Below the pieces are notes generated by a model that ran no database searches, had not been told where the DNA came from, and saw only the letters and a program-made list of their open reading frames with translations. From IMG/VR virus record IMGVR_UViG_3300036945_000956: a stretch of DNA of 64,000 bases. One strand, written 5' to 3'. This stretch comes from a virus. Its lineage: Duplodnaviria > Heunggongvirae > Uroviricota > Caudoviricetes. Below are positions 29,263 to 38,500 of the stretch, piece after piece. The translations under genes and the position numbers were made by a program. The stretch's first letter is position 1, and every line of letters begins with the position of its first letter.

Positions 29263-29454
29263 TTAGTTGAAGCTGCGAACAAAGACGACTTTGTCGGTGA
29301 TCATATCCGACAGGCAGACTGTTTCTTGTGACAACTCCCGCAATGCCAAGAAGGCCTCAGCGGCTGCGACTGTCTCAAAAGATACCTTTTCCAGGCGGGC
29401 TGACGAAGTGAGCACATATGCAACAAACCGTTTAGTCATGTCATGTTCCTTCAT
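29263..29454 (-). CDS. Hypothetical protein carrying the promoter-SD-ATG cassette (MKEHDMTK)
   Basis: Starts with ATGAAGGAACATGACATGACTAAA downstream of the second promoter copy (tgtcaa at 29491 to 29496). Confidence 0.45.
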   Translation of the reverse strand: MKEHDMTKRFVAYVLTSSARLEKVSFETVAAAEAFLALRELSQETVCLSDMITDKVVFVRSFN

Positions 29455-29467
29455 TGGTTACATATAC

Positions 29468-29496
29468 TTTATAAAACAAACTAAAGTATATGTCAA
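29468..29496 (-). promoter_or_regulatory. Early promoter, duplicate of the 27948 cassette including the A-tract UP element
   Basis: Identical -35, spacer and -10. The identity extends through aaaatgcatttatttcaaattatttt. Confidence 0.65.
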
Positions 29497-29530
29497 CAAC
29501 AAAATGCATTTATTTCAAATTATTTTTCAA

Positions 29531-29758
29531 TCAATCCTTGGCTTTTACAATATGACCGCTTTTGGTGAAAGTTGACCATACATATCCTGCTCGACGAGTT
29601 GCATTTAAAAGATCGGATTTATCTTCGACGTGCAAAAAAATAGAGATGAATTTATTGAAAAATTGATCTTGAGTAAATTGTCTATCTTTAAATGTTCTTT
29701 TCATAGCTCGATCATACCAGACATTGCTTTTAATTCTCTTATTCGTGTATGTATACAT
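29531..29758 (-). CDS. Hypothetical protein
   Basis: 75 aa ORF. Confidence 0.35.
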   Translation of the reverse strand: MYTYTNKRIKSNVWYDRAMKRTFKDRQFTQDQFFNKFISIFLHVEDKSDLLNATRRAGYVWSTFTKSGHIVKAKD

Positions 29759-29947
29759 ATTAAAGTTCCTTTAATTATTCAACAGTAGGCCATGGAATCA
29801 ACTCAACTTTATATGATTCAATGCCCCACTTTTCAGGTGCACCAAATTTTCTTACGCTCATTGTTTGAGCATCAGCTTCATCTTTTGCATATTCATAACC
29901 CAAAAAGTTATTTCCTGCAAAAATCTTCCAAGTGCGGTTATCCCATA

Positions 29948-30466
29948 TCATGCTAGTTCCTTCACTTTAAACCATTCTGGTACTTCACGTTTAGTCCAAG
30001 ACATCTTGAACCGGTCTTGTTTTGTTTGATAGAACTCACGGTATGACCGAACAGGATCATTCGGATGCATGCACTCTGGATTTGAACCCATCGCCAATGG
30101 AAATTGTGTCCGATAGTTGGTCGGCAAATTCTTTGGATAGTTTGCCAATGGATTACGCAACAATGTATCGGTAGAATGTACTTTGCCATAGCGGTGATTA
30201 TATTCGTCACACAGCGCAGTAAAGTGCACATAGTGCCACCAATAGTTGCCAGTGTTGATGGTTGACCACACAGTGCATGGATGACCCATATGTACTGCCT
30301 TGTACATAATAGAGTCACGGCTATCGGGCAATATCCAATGTTTTGATAATGTCTTGCCAGACTTGGATGGAGCACGTTTGAGTTCACCATCCAGCATACG
30401 ATGAACTGTCGAGAGCATTTGAGCAGACTCGACAATCATTTTTACTACATGTTTGTCACACTGCAA
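29948..30466 (-). CDS. Hypothetical protein (172 aa)
   Basis: ORF with His, Trp and Tyr-rich conserved-looking blocks (HMGHPCTVWS, WWHYVHF). No family assignment. Confidence 0.4.
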   Translation of the reverse strand: MQCDKHVVKMIVESAQMLSTVHRMLDGELKRAPSKSGKTLSKHWILPDSRDSIMYKAVHMGHPCTVWSTINTGNYWWHYVHFTALCDEYNHRYGKVHSTDTLLRNPLANYPKNLPTNYRTQFPLAMGSNPECMHPNDPVRSYREFYQTKQDRFKMSWTKREVPEWFKVKELA

Positions 30467-30778
30467 TTGTGCAGCAGCAACTGGATCTTTGTCAAGGATG
30501 AAAATATTAATTTTTTATTCCCCATATGTTTACATTAGTTTTATAATATAACCAGAACCAAATGTCAACAACTATTTTTGGTGAGTCTGATTTACGCCAA
30601 GAATACCGAGGATAACTGACTTGATGTGGTAGCATTCAAACTTCATCTTCTTTTTGCAGTTACACACGAAGCCGTCTGATAGCATTTCTACCTGAAACTG
30701 ACCATGTGGCCAGACAGTGCCGACTAACATATTGCCATCGGTGTTGATGTGTCTATGATTGAATGTCATTCAGTTCTC

Positions 30779-30979
30779 CTATTTCACTCTATCTAAAATT
30801 TCAAATTCATCTGAGTGATAATCATAGACTCGTCTAGTTTTGAATCGCTTATCTAGCTTAACCAAAGCTACGTTATCAACAAAACCACCGCCCACAATAG
30901 TGCCCTCTTTTCCACCAGTTGGTCTATTGCCGATAATTCTAACCCTATCGCCATACTTCCAATTGGTCATCGTGCCCAC
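30779..30979 (-). CDS. Hypothetical small protein (KOW-like Gly-rich)
   Basis: 66 aa ORF. Confidence 0.3.
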   Translation of the reverse strand: MGTMTNWKYGDRVRIIGNRPTGGKEGTIVGGGFVDNVALVKLDKRFKTRRVYDYHSDEFEILDRVK

Positions 30980-31227
30980 ATATCATTGTTAGGATTCCGC
31001 AGTCGATCATTCTCACGCTGCAACTCTTCTGTGGTCTGGTCCCACGCAACATGGAGCATATCAATAACCGTATTGAGCGAAGTGATTTCGAGTTGCAACT
31101 CTTCGATGCGATCAGCGGCAGCACTCATGCTTTCTGCCATCATTTTATAAAGATGATCTTTATTGAGTGCCATAGACATCACGGGCGGGTTTCGTAGTTG
31201 GTACATCAAAAGTTCTGTGTCAGTCAT
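30967..31227 (-). CDS. Hypothetical coiled-coil protein
   Basis: 86 aa ORF. Confidence 0.3.
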   Translation of the reverse strand: MTDTELLMYQLRNPPVMSMALNKDHLYKMMAESMSAAADRIEELQLEITSLNTVIDMLHVAWDQTTEELQRENDRLRNPNNDMWAR

Positions 31228-31447
31228 TATACAATCTCCAAAATATCAGCTTCATCACGGAAAAAAGAAGTTCCATGGGTGTTCCAAAACATCATATCAT
31301 CATGATCATCATATGCATAAATCACATCAATCTGCCACCCGTTTTGACCAGCAGGATTGAAATGCAGTATTACAATAGAACCATCAACCAGACGGGCATT
31401 TTCCCCATTCTGGGCTGCCTGAGTGTATTCGGTCATCTTAGTTCTCC

Positions 31448-31702
31448 TTAATAAGCCAAGTAGGAAACAGAAATGATAGGATCATCGCCAAGTTTATACT
31501 CTTTAGCATATTCTACAGCCTTAGTAACCGCTTCCATGAAAGTCGGTGCCGTCACTGTCACCGGTATGGTCTTACCAACATAGCGAACCATCCACGTAGT
31601 CATAGTCTTTGCTCCATCACAATGCCCACAAGTACCTTCGGCACAGGCAACTCCTTCTTCTCTGTAACAAATCCCAGTCTCTGCTTCCCAATGTCCAGCC
31701 AT
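31448..31702 (-). CDS. Hypothetical Cys-rich protein
   Basis: 84 aa ORF with a CxxGxCGHC cluster. Promoter at 31705 to 31760. Confidence 0.4.
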   Translation of the reverse strand: MAGHWEAETGICYREEGVACAEGTCGHCDGAKTMTTWMVRYVGKTIPVTVTAPTFMEAVTKAVEYAKEYKLGDDPIISVSYLAY

Positions 31703-31762
31703 TTGATCTCTTCCCTTTTGGTTACATATACTTTATAATATAAACAAAAGTAAATGTCAACA

Positions 31763-31789
31763 AAAAAGAGCGCCGAAGCGCTCTTTTTC
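31763..31789 (-). terminator. Rho-independent terminator fused to the next promoter (GAGCGCTTCGGCGCTC hairpin plus T-run overlapping the -35 UP region)
   Basis: AAAAAGAGCGCCGAAGCGCTCTTTTT. The same element recurs at 34969 and 36630. Confidence 0.7.
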
Positions 31790-31799
31790 ACAACTATTT

Positions 31800-32468
31800 T
31801 CAGATACCTTTGAGTTCTGTATATTTTTTTCGGAGTACAATGAAGTTGTGAATATGATCATCACGGTTCTCAATAAAGACTTGTGGGTCATCACTATCGA
31901 CTGCTACAATCGTTACCAGTTGCTTGATGGGTTTACCTATACGCTCTTCGAAGGCAACAGCATAGAACGATTCTTGCATGAAGTAATTCTGAATCCACTC
32001 ACGTTTCTTTGGCTTACGAGAGGTTTTGAAGTCAATAATTGACAGTTTACCATTCCATTCTGCAACCAAGTCAACACGACCAGCTACTCGGATAAAATGT
32101 GAATAAAGAGGTGCTTCTTGGAACCAGATGTTATCTAGATGTTTGTCTAACAATGGTTTAATCTGATTGAAGGTAAACATATTGGTTGGCATTTTACCGA
32201 CGGCATAGTCTGGCTTGTTGTCAATATACTCTTCGGCAATCAAGTGAACTTCAGTTCCTCGAATGCCAGCCTGAGTGACAATTTTGGCTGCTTGTTCTTC
32301 ACCAACACTTTTCTTCCATTTTTCAAGACCATCCTTCTCCATAATAGATAGGACTGTAGTGACCGATGGATACTTTTCACCTGTTGGTGGGTAATAGAAT
32401 CTTCCAGTTGGAGTAGTATCACAATGTAGATCAGGTAGAATTAACCCGTGTTTCACATGATTAAACAT
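31800..32468 (-). CDS. PD-(D/E)xK superfamily nuclease (RecB/YqaJ-like)
   Basis: The motif GRVDLVAEWNGKLSIIDFKTS gives a D..E.K pattern. 222 aa. Sits 3 nt downstream of the PAAR-like gene. Confidence 0.5.
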   Translation of the reverse strand: MFNHVKHGLILPDLHCDTTPTGRFYYPPTGEKYPSVTTVLSIMEKDGLEKWKKSVGEEQAAKIVTQAGIRGTEVHLIAEEYIDNKPDYAVGKMPTNMFTFNQIKPLLDKHLDNIWFQEAPLYSHFIRVAGRVDLVAEWNGKLSIIDFKTSRKPKKREWIQNYFMQESFYAVAFEERIGKPIKQLVTIVAVDSDDPQVFIENRDDHIHNFIVLRKKYTELKGI

Positions 32469-32470
32469 TT

Positions 32471-32725
32471 TTATCCTATAATTACAGTACTTGATCCTGT
32501 AGCAGAATGACCGCAGGATGCAGTATCACCAGTTTTGACTATTGACTTACCACCGATTTTAACACTTGATGTACCAGAAATAGTGGCTGCAGCATGAAGG
32601 CCAATACCATGTGGTTGCACAGCATCACCATCTACAATCACTAATTTACCATTAAAGTAAACAGTTGATTGTGATGAAATTAATGCACCACCGGCCAAAT
32701 CATTCTGAAGGCAAGCTGCCGGCAT
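32471..32725 (-). CDS. PAAR-repeat protein (gp5.4-like spike tip)
   Basis: MPAAC..., GKLVIVDGDAV and VKIGGKSIVKTGDTASCGH match PAAR motifs. 84 aa. Confidence 0.6.
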   Translation of the reverse strand: MPAACLQNDLAGGALISSQSTVYFNGKLVIVDGDAVQPHGIGLHAAATISGTSSVKIGGKSIVKTGDTASCGHSATGSSTVIIG

Positions 32726-32877
32726 CTTTCACCTCTCGTATTGTAACCATATCATCACTTATGATCCATTCAATAAGTGTATCCTCGGTCCATCCCATTT
32801 GATTGAGTAGTTCAACGGGGAATTGAACAATCGCATCCCCGTTGATATCTTCTTGTACTTCCATAGTGTATGTCATA

Positions 32878-33633
32878 TTAATATCCTAATTTGTCTCTTG
32901 CAATAATGTATGATTTGACCAAGTCACTACGAACAATATCATCAATGAAAAATTCAACAAATTTAAATTCACTCATACTGCTAATGATCTTCATAAAATC
33001 AGCAATACCTGACTGTTCGTTATAGCGCTTGTTAGTAAGGTCGTCTTGTTTAATATCACCGGCAAAGATGATTCGGCAATTCTGTCCAACACGAGTCATA
33101 ATGGTATGCAATTCACCATCGTTCATGTTCTGCATTTCATCAACAACAATAATACAATCATCAAAGGTAACGCCTCTTAGAAATGATGTACTTCTAAATT
33201 CAATAATATCCTTTTGCTTTAAAATAGAATATGAATCACCACGACCGAAGAACTTTTGGCAGATAGGTGGATATGGTTCTTCATATACCGCTTCTTTCTG
33301 TGCTTTAGTTCCTGGCATAAAGCCTTGATCACGAGCAGAAACAGTTGATCGAACGATCCAAACTTTTTTCTGTGGTGTGTTTTTATTCATCACTGTTTTT
33401 AATGCAAAGTATAGAGCAAGGAATGTCTTACCTGTACCAGCAATACCATGTAACATGACATTATTGTCATCATCCCATGCATCAAAGGCTTTGCCTTGAT
33501 TCAAAGTCATAGGTCTAATATCTTCTACAATATTAAATGAAGCAGATAGTCTATTACCATCCTCCAACACTCCTTGTTGCTTTAATCCACGCTTTTGTCT
33601 TTTATTGATTCGTTGTTGTTGTTGAAAAGCCAT
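32878..33633 (-). CDS. phoH: PhoH-like ATPase
   Basis: Walker A GIAGTGKTFLAL and Walker B IIVVDEMQN. 251 aa. Confidence 0.75.
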   Translation of the reverse strand: MAFQQQQRINKRQKRGLKQQGVLEDGNRLSASFNIVEDIRPMTLNQGKAFDAWDDDNNVMLHGIAGTGKTFLALYFALKTVMNKNTPQKKVWIVRSTVSARDQGFMPGTKAQKEAVYEEPYPPICQKFFGRGDSYSILKQKDIIEFRSTSFLRGVTFDDCIIVVDEMQNMNDGELHTIMTRVGQNCRIIFAGDIKQDDLTNKRYNEQSGIADFMKIISSMSEFKFVEFFIDDIVRSDLVKSYIIARDKLGY

Positions 33634-33641
33634 AATTGTCC

Positions 33642-33932
33642 TCAGTTGCGAGTTTCAATAGTACTATGTAAATGTGCCTTCTTGGCCTTTTTTAGTACGT
33701 CGTTAAATCCGTCATCAATTCTACGGAAGCCTAATCGGACTGAGTCTCCAATAGATACCATTGGTGGTACTTGCATGTAATCTTGATTTTCTTCTAGGAA
33801 TTTCTCTCTCTCTGCCAAAGATAAAATTTGTGTTACTTCTTCAAGGGTTTCCTTGTTACGAAAAGTATACGTCGGCAATATAATACTCCTTAATAAAAAA
33901 GGCGGCATAGTAGCCGCCTTCACTTCCACCAT
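33642..33932 (-). CDS. Hypothetical protein; annotated start overlaps a terminator, so the true start is probably downstream (possibly TTG at about 33876 after GGAG)
   Basis: The ORF 5' end coincides with the hairpin at 33894 to 33920. Confidence 0.3.
   Translation of the reverse strand: MVEVKAATMPPFLLRSIILPTYTFRNKETLEEVTQILSLAEREKFLEENQDYMQVPPMVSIGDSVRLGFRRIDDGFNDVLKKAKKAHLHSTIETRN
33894..33920 (-). terminator. Rho-independent terminator (GGCGGCTACTATGCCGCC plus T6)
   Basis: The hairpin is followed by TTTTTT on the minus strand, just after the stop of the 33948..34538 gene. Confidence 0.6.
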
Positions 33933-33947
33933 AGGAGTATTTATAAT

Positions 33948-34538
33948 CTAATGAAAGAATGTAATCATCTCATAAATTTCCTTCCAGCCTTTTACAACAG
34001 GAACATCTGGGTGAACAAAGTCTTTGTTATAGTCATGTTCAATTAGGACTGCCCACAAACCAAGATCATTACCACACACTGCGTTTTCTGGTTTATCTTC
34101 AATCCAGAAACAATCAGTATCTTTGTATGGAAGCAATGCCTGATCCTTATCAGCACCACAATCCAAGCAGATCACCTTTTCAAAGATGTTGGCGCCAAAG
34201 ATTGAGTTCAGATTCTTCCGCCGAAGTTTGCCGGCATATTCATTGGTACTCAGTGAGGTAATGCAATGGAAAACAAACCCATGTTCCTCATGAAGTTTCC
34301 GAACATATTTAATAGCATCACGGAAAGGAGTAAGAGAACCAATGTTAGACGATTCATTGAACTGCCGAACAAAGGCCTTCATATCAGCCTTTGGAATGTC
34401 ATATGTAATTGCCAAATCATATACACCATCAACCTTTTTGGTGTATCCATGTTCTTTCATGTAATTGTCAAATGAGTATACCCAATCAAGAAGAACACCA
34501 TCACAATCGGTTAGGATCACTTTATCTTTCAGTTTCAT
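33948..34538 (-). CDS. HAD-superfamily 5'(3')-deoxyribonucleotidase-like hydrolase
   Basis: Motif I LTDCDGVLLDW (DxDGV) and the C-terminal WIEDKPENA resemble the NT5C family. Confidence 0.5.
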   Translation of the reverse strand: MKLKDKVILTDCDGVLLDWVYSFDNYMKEHGYTKKVDGVYDLAITYDIPKADMKAFVRQFNESSNIGSLTPFRDAIKYVRKLHEEHGFVFHCITSLSTNEYAGKLRRKNLNSIFGANIFEKVICLDCGADKDQALLPYKDTDCFWIEDKPENAVCGNDLGLWAVLIEHDYNKDFVHPDVPVVKGWKEIYEMITFFH

Positions 34539-34909
34539 TTTGCACCTTTCAGGTTCATTTCAACTTCTTCAAACTTTTTATTCCGTGGTGCATAAAACCA
34601 AATGTCACCATCCCAGAGATATAAATATTGTGCACCTGTGTCTGCATGACCTTCGTTCAGATATTCATCAACAGAATTGAAAGTTTCTGGACGATCATTA
34701 TGGGCCGCTCCAGCACGGCTCTGAGCATAGTCATGATATAGAGCCGAAAGATAACCACCGTAGGCAACCTTTTGTGCGCCGAGTTCAGTGTTATACGAAT
34801 CAACAAGTGTTGCGCCAACACCGTCAACATAGCCATCAAAGTGTACATACGAGGCAATAACTTTGCCGGTGCCCTTGTCAAAATGGCCGATCATTGCAGA
34901 AGTACCCAT
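34535..34909 (-). CDS. Hypothetical protein
   Basis: 124 aa. Start ATG lies within the cassette (AAAAGGAAATGACATGGGT). Confidence 0.4.
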   Translation of the reverse strand: MGTSAMIGHFDKGTGKVIASYVHFDGYVDGVGATLVDSYNTELGAQKVAYGGYLSALYHDYAQSRAGAAHNDRPETFNSVDEYLNEGHADTGAQYLYLWDGDIWFYAPRNKKFEEVEMNLKGAK

Positions 34910-34968
34910 GTCATTTCCTTTTCATTGGTTACATATATCTTATAAAACAACTACAACCCATTGTCAAC

Positions 34969-34994
34969 AAAAAAGAGCGCCGAAGCGCTCTTTT
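34969..34994 (-). terminator. Terminator-promoter fusion (copy 2)
   Basis: AAAAGAGCGCCGAAGCGCTCTTTT directly after the RtcB stop. TTGACA at 34962 to 34967. Confidence 0.7.
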
Positions 34995-34995
34995 C

Positions 34996-36369
34996 TCACA
35001 TTTTTTTCCACGACTTTTCAAAGTTACCAGCCATGATGTTACCATATGGCATGATACGATCAACAGTCACAGCCAAACCAAAACCCAACATATCAGCCTG
35101 AACAGTAGCAGCACTTTTGTAAGCACTTGGCAATTCACTGATGTCAGGTATTCCAGACCAGAACCGAGCATCAATACCACGAGTTTCCTGTGCTACCAAT
35201 TCGGCTTCAGACAAGGTCTGTTGACGAGCAAATTGTGAACGACTGAAGATACGACCGGCACCGTGTGGTGCAAAACCTATCTCATTGTCGGCATGTGCCT
35301 TAACAAACAAAATTGGCTCAGCCATGTTCATAGGAACAATTTGAGTGTCATATGGGTCACGCAACAAAGCAGTGTTAACAGGTGTAGAACCTTTGGCGTG
35401 ATATACCAATTGATCATCACTTGGGTCACGGAATACAAAGTTGTGTGGAGTAAAGATACGATCAGTACCAGAAACAGACAAACGACTCAACACAGCATCA
35501 TGCAAACTGTTATGGTTAGCACGAGTCCAATCGTGGGCAATCTCCAAAGCATCCCAATATTCAACACCTTCGTCAGTGTCCAATGGAATCCAGGCATTCT
35601 GCTTCAACGTTTTTGGGCTCATTTGAATCCGAAACTTTTCAGCAATCTCCATACCTTTTTTATAGATACCAGCGCCAAAACCACGGCTACCGAAGTGCGA
35701 GATCAACCAAACATCACCAGTGTTTTCACTACGGCCAACAGATATAAAATGGTTACCATCGCCAGAGGTGCGCAAATGACTCATAGAAGCATTTACAGTT
35801 TTTTGATCACGAGTAAAGCGGTTAACCAAAATGCGATCCAACAAACTCAAGTCAATTTGTTCAACAGGAGTCGAATGGCCACCAGGACCAAAGTGACTCA
35901 ATTCATGTGCAACATTCAATACATCCAAAGGATCAACATCACCGAAGTTGGTGGCACTCATAGAGCAACACACATCAGCTGAGTGCATGCCAGGATGGAT
36001 AGCATTACGAGTCACAACCATACCACCCACTGGGATAGTACCAATTGAACCTGCAGGACAAGCATCTGGCATTACCGAAGCACTTACAACTGTGGGAGTC
36101 TTGACCAATTCAGCCATAGTAGCCATTACAGCATTGTAGTTTGCGGTCTCGTATTCATCACCTTGTGACAAAAATACATTAATAGCAATATTGTCTTGCA
36201 ATGGCATATACACTGGTTCTACAGGCATATTTCGTTGGATAATGTCAGCCAAGACAGAGTCATCAACTACAGCAATCTGACGCAATTCTTTCAGGATCTT
36301 ACCGATATGTGGACCTGGCTTTACACCACGGTCAATCAAATCTTTGCCAGTCCAAACATATTGTTCCAT
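34996..36369 (-). CDS. rtcB: RtcB RNA 3'-phosphate/5'-OH ligase
   Basis: ASVMPDACPAGSIG, GDGNHF, PHNF and HGAGR match the RtcB catalytic motifs. 457 aa. Confidence 0.8.
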   Translation of the reverse strand: MEQYVWTGKDLIDRGVKPGPHIGKILKELRQIAVVDDSVLADIIQRNMPVEPVYMPLQDNIAINVFLSQGDEYETANYNAVMATMAELVKTPTVVSASVMPDACPAGSIGTIPVGGMVVTRNAIHPGMHSADVCCSMSATNFGDVDPLDVLNVAHELSHFGPGGHSTPVEQIDLSLLDRILVNRFTRDQKTVNASMSHLRTSGDGNHFISVGRSENTGDVWLISHFGSRGFGAGIYKKGMEIAEKFRIQMSPKTLKQNAWIPLDTDEGVEYWDALEIAHDWTRANHNSLHDAVLSRLSVSGTDRIFTPHNFVFRDPSDDQLVYHAKGSTPVNTALLRDPYDTQIVPMNMAEPILFVKAHADNEIGFAPHGAGRIFSRSQFARQQTLSEAELVAQETRGIDARFWSGIPDISELPSAYKSAATVQADMLGFGLAVTVDRIMPYGNIMAGNFEKSWKKM

Positions 36370-36380
36370 AGTTATTCTCC

Positions 36381-36578
36381 TTAAAGACTGTTGATACGTT
36401 CAACTTCACCGCTTTGGATGTCTTTCATTGCCCGAAAATATCCTTGAGTATTGGCACGTGACATTTCTTTAAGCAGAAGATCAGCAAGACGATCTACACC
36501 ATACAGATTAAAAGGAATATCAGATTCAAGGGATCCTTCAATCAAACTGATAAGGTCATTGCGAGTCATCATGATCAT
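36381..36578 (-). CDS. Hypothetical small protein
   Basis: 65 aa. SD AGAGGAAATGA within the cassette. Confidence 0.4.
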   Translation of the reverse strand: MIMMTRNDLISLIEGSLESDIPFNLYGVDRLADLLLKEMSRANTQGYFRAMKDIQSGEVERINSL

Positions 36579-36629
36579 TTCCTCTATTGGTTACATATAC
36601 TATATAAAACAAATAGAACCCATTGTCAA

Positions 36630-36655
36630 CAAAAAAGAGCGCCGAAGCGCTCTTT
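36630..36655 (-). terminator. Terminator-promoter fusion (copy 3)
   Basis: The same GAGCGC-TTCG-GCGCTC hairpin. TTGACA at 36624 to 36629. Confidence 0.7.
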
Positions 36656-36657
36656 TC

Positions 36658-36876
36658 TCACATTTTTTTCCATGTCTTGTTGTCGACCACAGGAGTATCA
36701 AGTTCATCTAGATACTGACTACGCTGATTCAACTTTTCTCTCCGTTTGTCACGAATGGATTGTTTCTTGTCATCATAGTCAAAGTCTGGAGCCCAATCAC
36801 TACCATAATCTTCTGCATAGGCATTACGCTTTTTCGACATCGCTTTTCTCATTAATAATGTTACCGAATGCTTCAT
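36658..36876 (-). CDS. Hypothetical basic protein
   Basis: 72 aa. Confidence 0.35.
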   Translation of the reverse strand: MKHSVTLLMRKAMSKKRNAYAEDYGSDWAPDFDYDDKKQSIRDKRREKLNQRSQYLDELDTPVVDNKTWKKM

Positions 36877-37264
36877 TGATTGCTTTTACTGGCAGATCTT
36901 TATATCCAGTCTGTGCAATCATATCTAACAAAAGTAAAGCATCTTCTTTATGGACAGATTCAAGCATCTGAATAAAGATTTGTTCCCGCTTAATTTTTTG
37001 TACTTTTTCACCGCCAAACCCATCAACAAAATATTTGAGTTTGCGGCATTCGTGATATAAAGCACCTTGATTCTCAACTGCACCTGATGGACTATATGGA
37101 GGCGCTTCAGAAGGAATGAGAAACTTTACTTTGCCTTTATCATACATTGCAGTAAGAATGTCACGAATTTGTGGACTATCATGATTCTTAAGCCACGCAA
37201 CCTTCTCATCATGAGTTTTAAGTTTGCGAGACTTATTGATAATCTCAGATAACATTTGGACCAT
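36824..37264 (-). CDS. Hypothetical protein (146 aa)
   Basis: ORF directly downstream of rnh with a 3 bp gap. Confidence 0.4.
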   Translation of the reverse strand: MVQMLSEIINKSRKLKTHDEKVAWLKNHDSPQIRDILTAMYDKGKVKFLIPSEAPPYSPSGAVENQGALYHECRKLKYFVDGFGGEKVQKIKREQIFIQMLESVHKEDALLLLDMIAQTGYKDLPVKAINEAFGNIINEKSDVEKA

Positions 37265-37266
37265 TA

Positions 37267-38115
37267 TTAGAATTCCTGTATATTTTGCATTAAATTACGA
37301 AGGTTGTTTTCCATAAAATATTCAAATAGTTTTGATCTATCTTTTGGGTTAATCTCTTCAAACTTTTCAGTAATTTTTGCTTGAAGAGAAGCAGGGATTT
37401 TTGTCAAATCAATTAAGGTTTGATTACGATTAAAGTTACGAAGAATTTGTTCATTAGTAATAGAACCTTGTAACTCACTCATACGTTTTTGTGTGATAGG
37501 CTTTTGACGTTCACCAACGACAAAACAATTGTCATTTGATAGAACATTTGGTACACCATCGCCAGTATCGCCCTTGATGATGTGCTCAAGTAGATATGTA
37601 TCAGGGTCAGAATGAGCAATCCAACGCTTGCGGATTGGATCATATTGCTTGATATTGGCATACTTATGAAGTTGAATATAGTCTTTGTCTGATGAAAGGA
37701 TCAGAATAGGTTCACCACTGTTGAGAATGGTACCTTTGGTATGGCAGATGGTACCAATAATGTCATCGGCCTCGGCTGTATCAATCTGAATTACCTTATA
37801 AGGGAATACAGTTTTGAGTTCCTCACGAATTTTGTTGAGTGAAACAAAAATAGCATTCCAATCAAGTTCAGATTCCTCACGACTCTTACGACGTGATGCT
37901 TTATAATATGGAAAGAGTGTCCGACGCCAATAGTTTTTATCATCAGCACAGATGATCATTTCGCCAAACTCTGGGCCAAATTTAACTTTATTCATACGAA
38001 GAGAATTAAGAACCATATGACGGATCATATTCTCATCAATAGCAGCATTGTGGTGATTGCCAATATTTGCCATTAGGTTGGCAATCATCACTTGGTTAAG
38101 GTCTACAAGTATCAC
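37267..38115 (-). CDS. rnh: RNase H / 5'-3' flap exonuclease (T4 rnh, FEN-1 family)
   Basis: YWRR..F.YYK..R, REES.WDW, DTAEADD, ILSSDKDY.QLHKY and a C-terminal ..NIQEF all match T4 RNase H. Confidence 0.85.
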   Translation of the reverse strand: MILVDLNQVMIANLMANIGNHHNAAIDENMIRHMVLNSLRMNKVKFGPEFGEMIICADDKNYWRRTLFPYYKASRRKSREESELDWNAIFVSLNKIREELKTVFPYKVIQIDTAEADDIIGTICHTKGTILNSGEPILILSSDKDYIQLHKYANIKQYDPIRKRWIAHSDPDTYLLEHIIKGDTGDGVPNVLSNDNCFVVGERQKPITQKRMSELQGSITNEQILRNFNRNQTLIDLTKIPASLQAKITEKFEEINPKDRSKLFEYFMENNLRNLMQNIQEF

Positions 38116-38170
38116 TTATTATCTCCAAAAATTAACTCATAGTATAAGTATACACTATTTATAGCAAATG

Positions 38171-38500
38171 TCAATCACTTTCCATAATTTCACGAAAACT
38201 AATTAAATGTTCCTCGTATTCAATGTCGATAAGTTTTTCCGATAGGATTTGTGCATCACATGGAATTCCGGCAACACGAGTGATCAATGCTTTTAGAACA
38301 TCAATCATCAGATAAATATCACCCATTGATTTAATGTCATTCTCTAATGGAATACCCATCTCATCTAATAGGACTCCAATATCCGCGGCAATACTGATTG
38401 CATATTGTAGGGCTTCATCTTCGTCAAGAATCGCAATATTTTCTTCGTCTTGTTCTTTTTTCTTTTCTTTTGCTACAGTAAAGTCGACTACATTGTTCAT
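38171..38500 (-). CDS. Hypothetical acidic protein
   Basis: 109 aa. Confidence 0.35.
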   Translation of the reverse strand: MNNVVDFTVAKEKKKEQDEENIAILDEDEALQYAISIAADIGVLLDEMGIPLENDIKSMGDIYLMIDVLKALITRVAGIPCDAQILSEKLIDIEYEEHLISFREIMESD

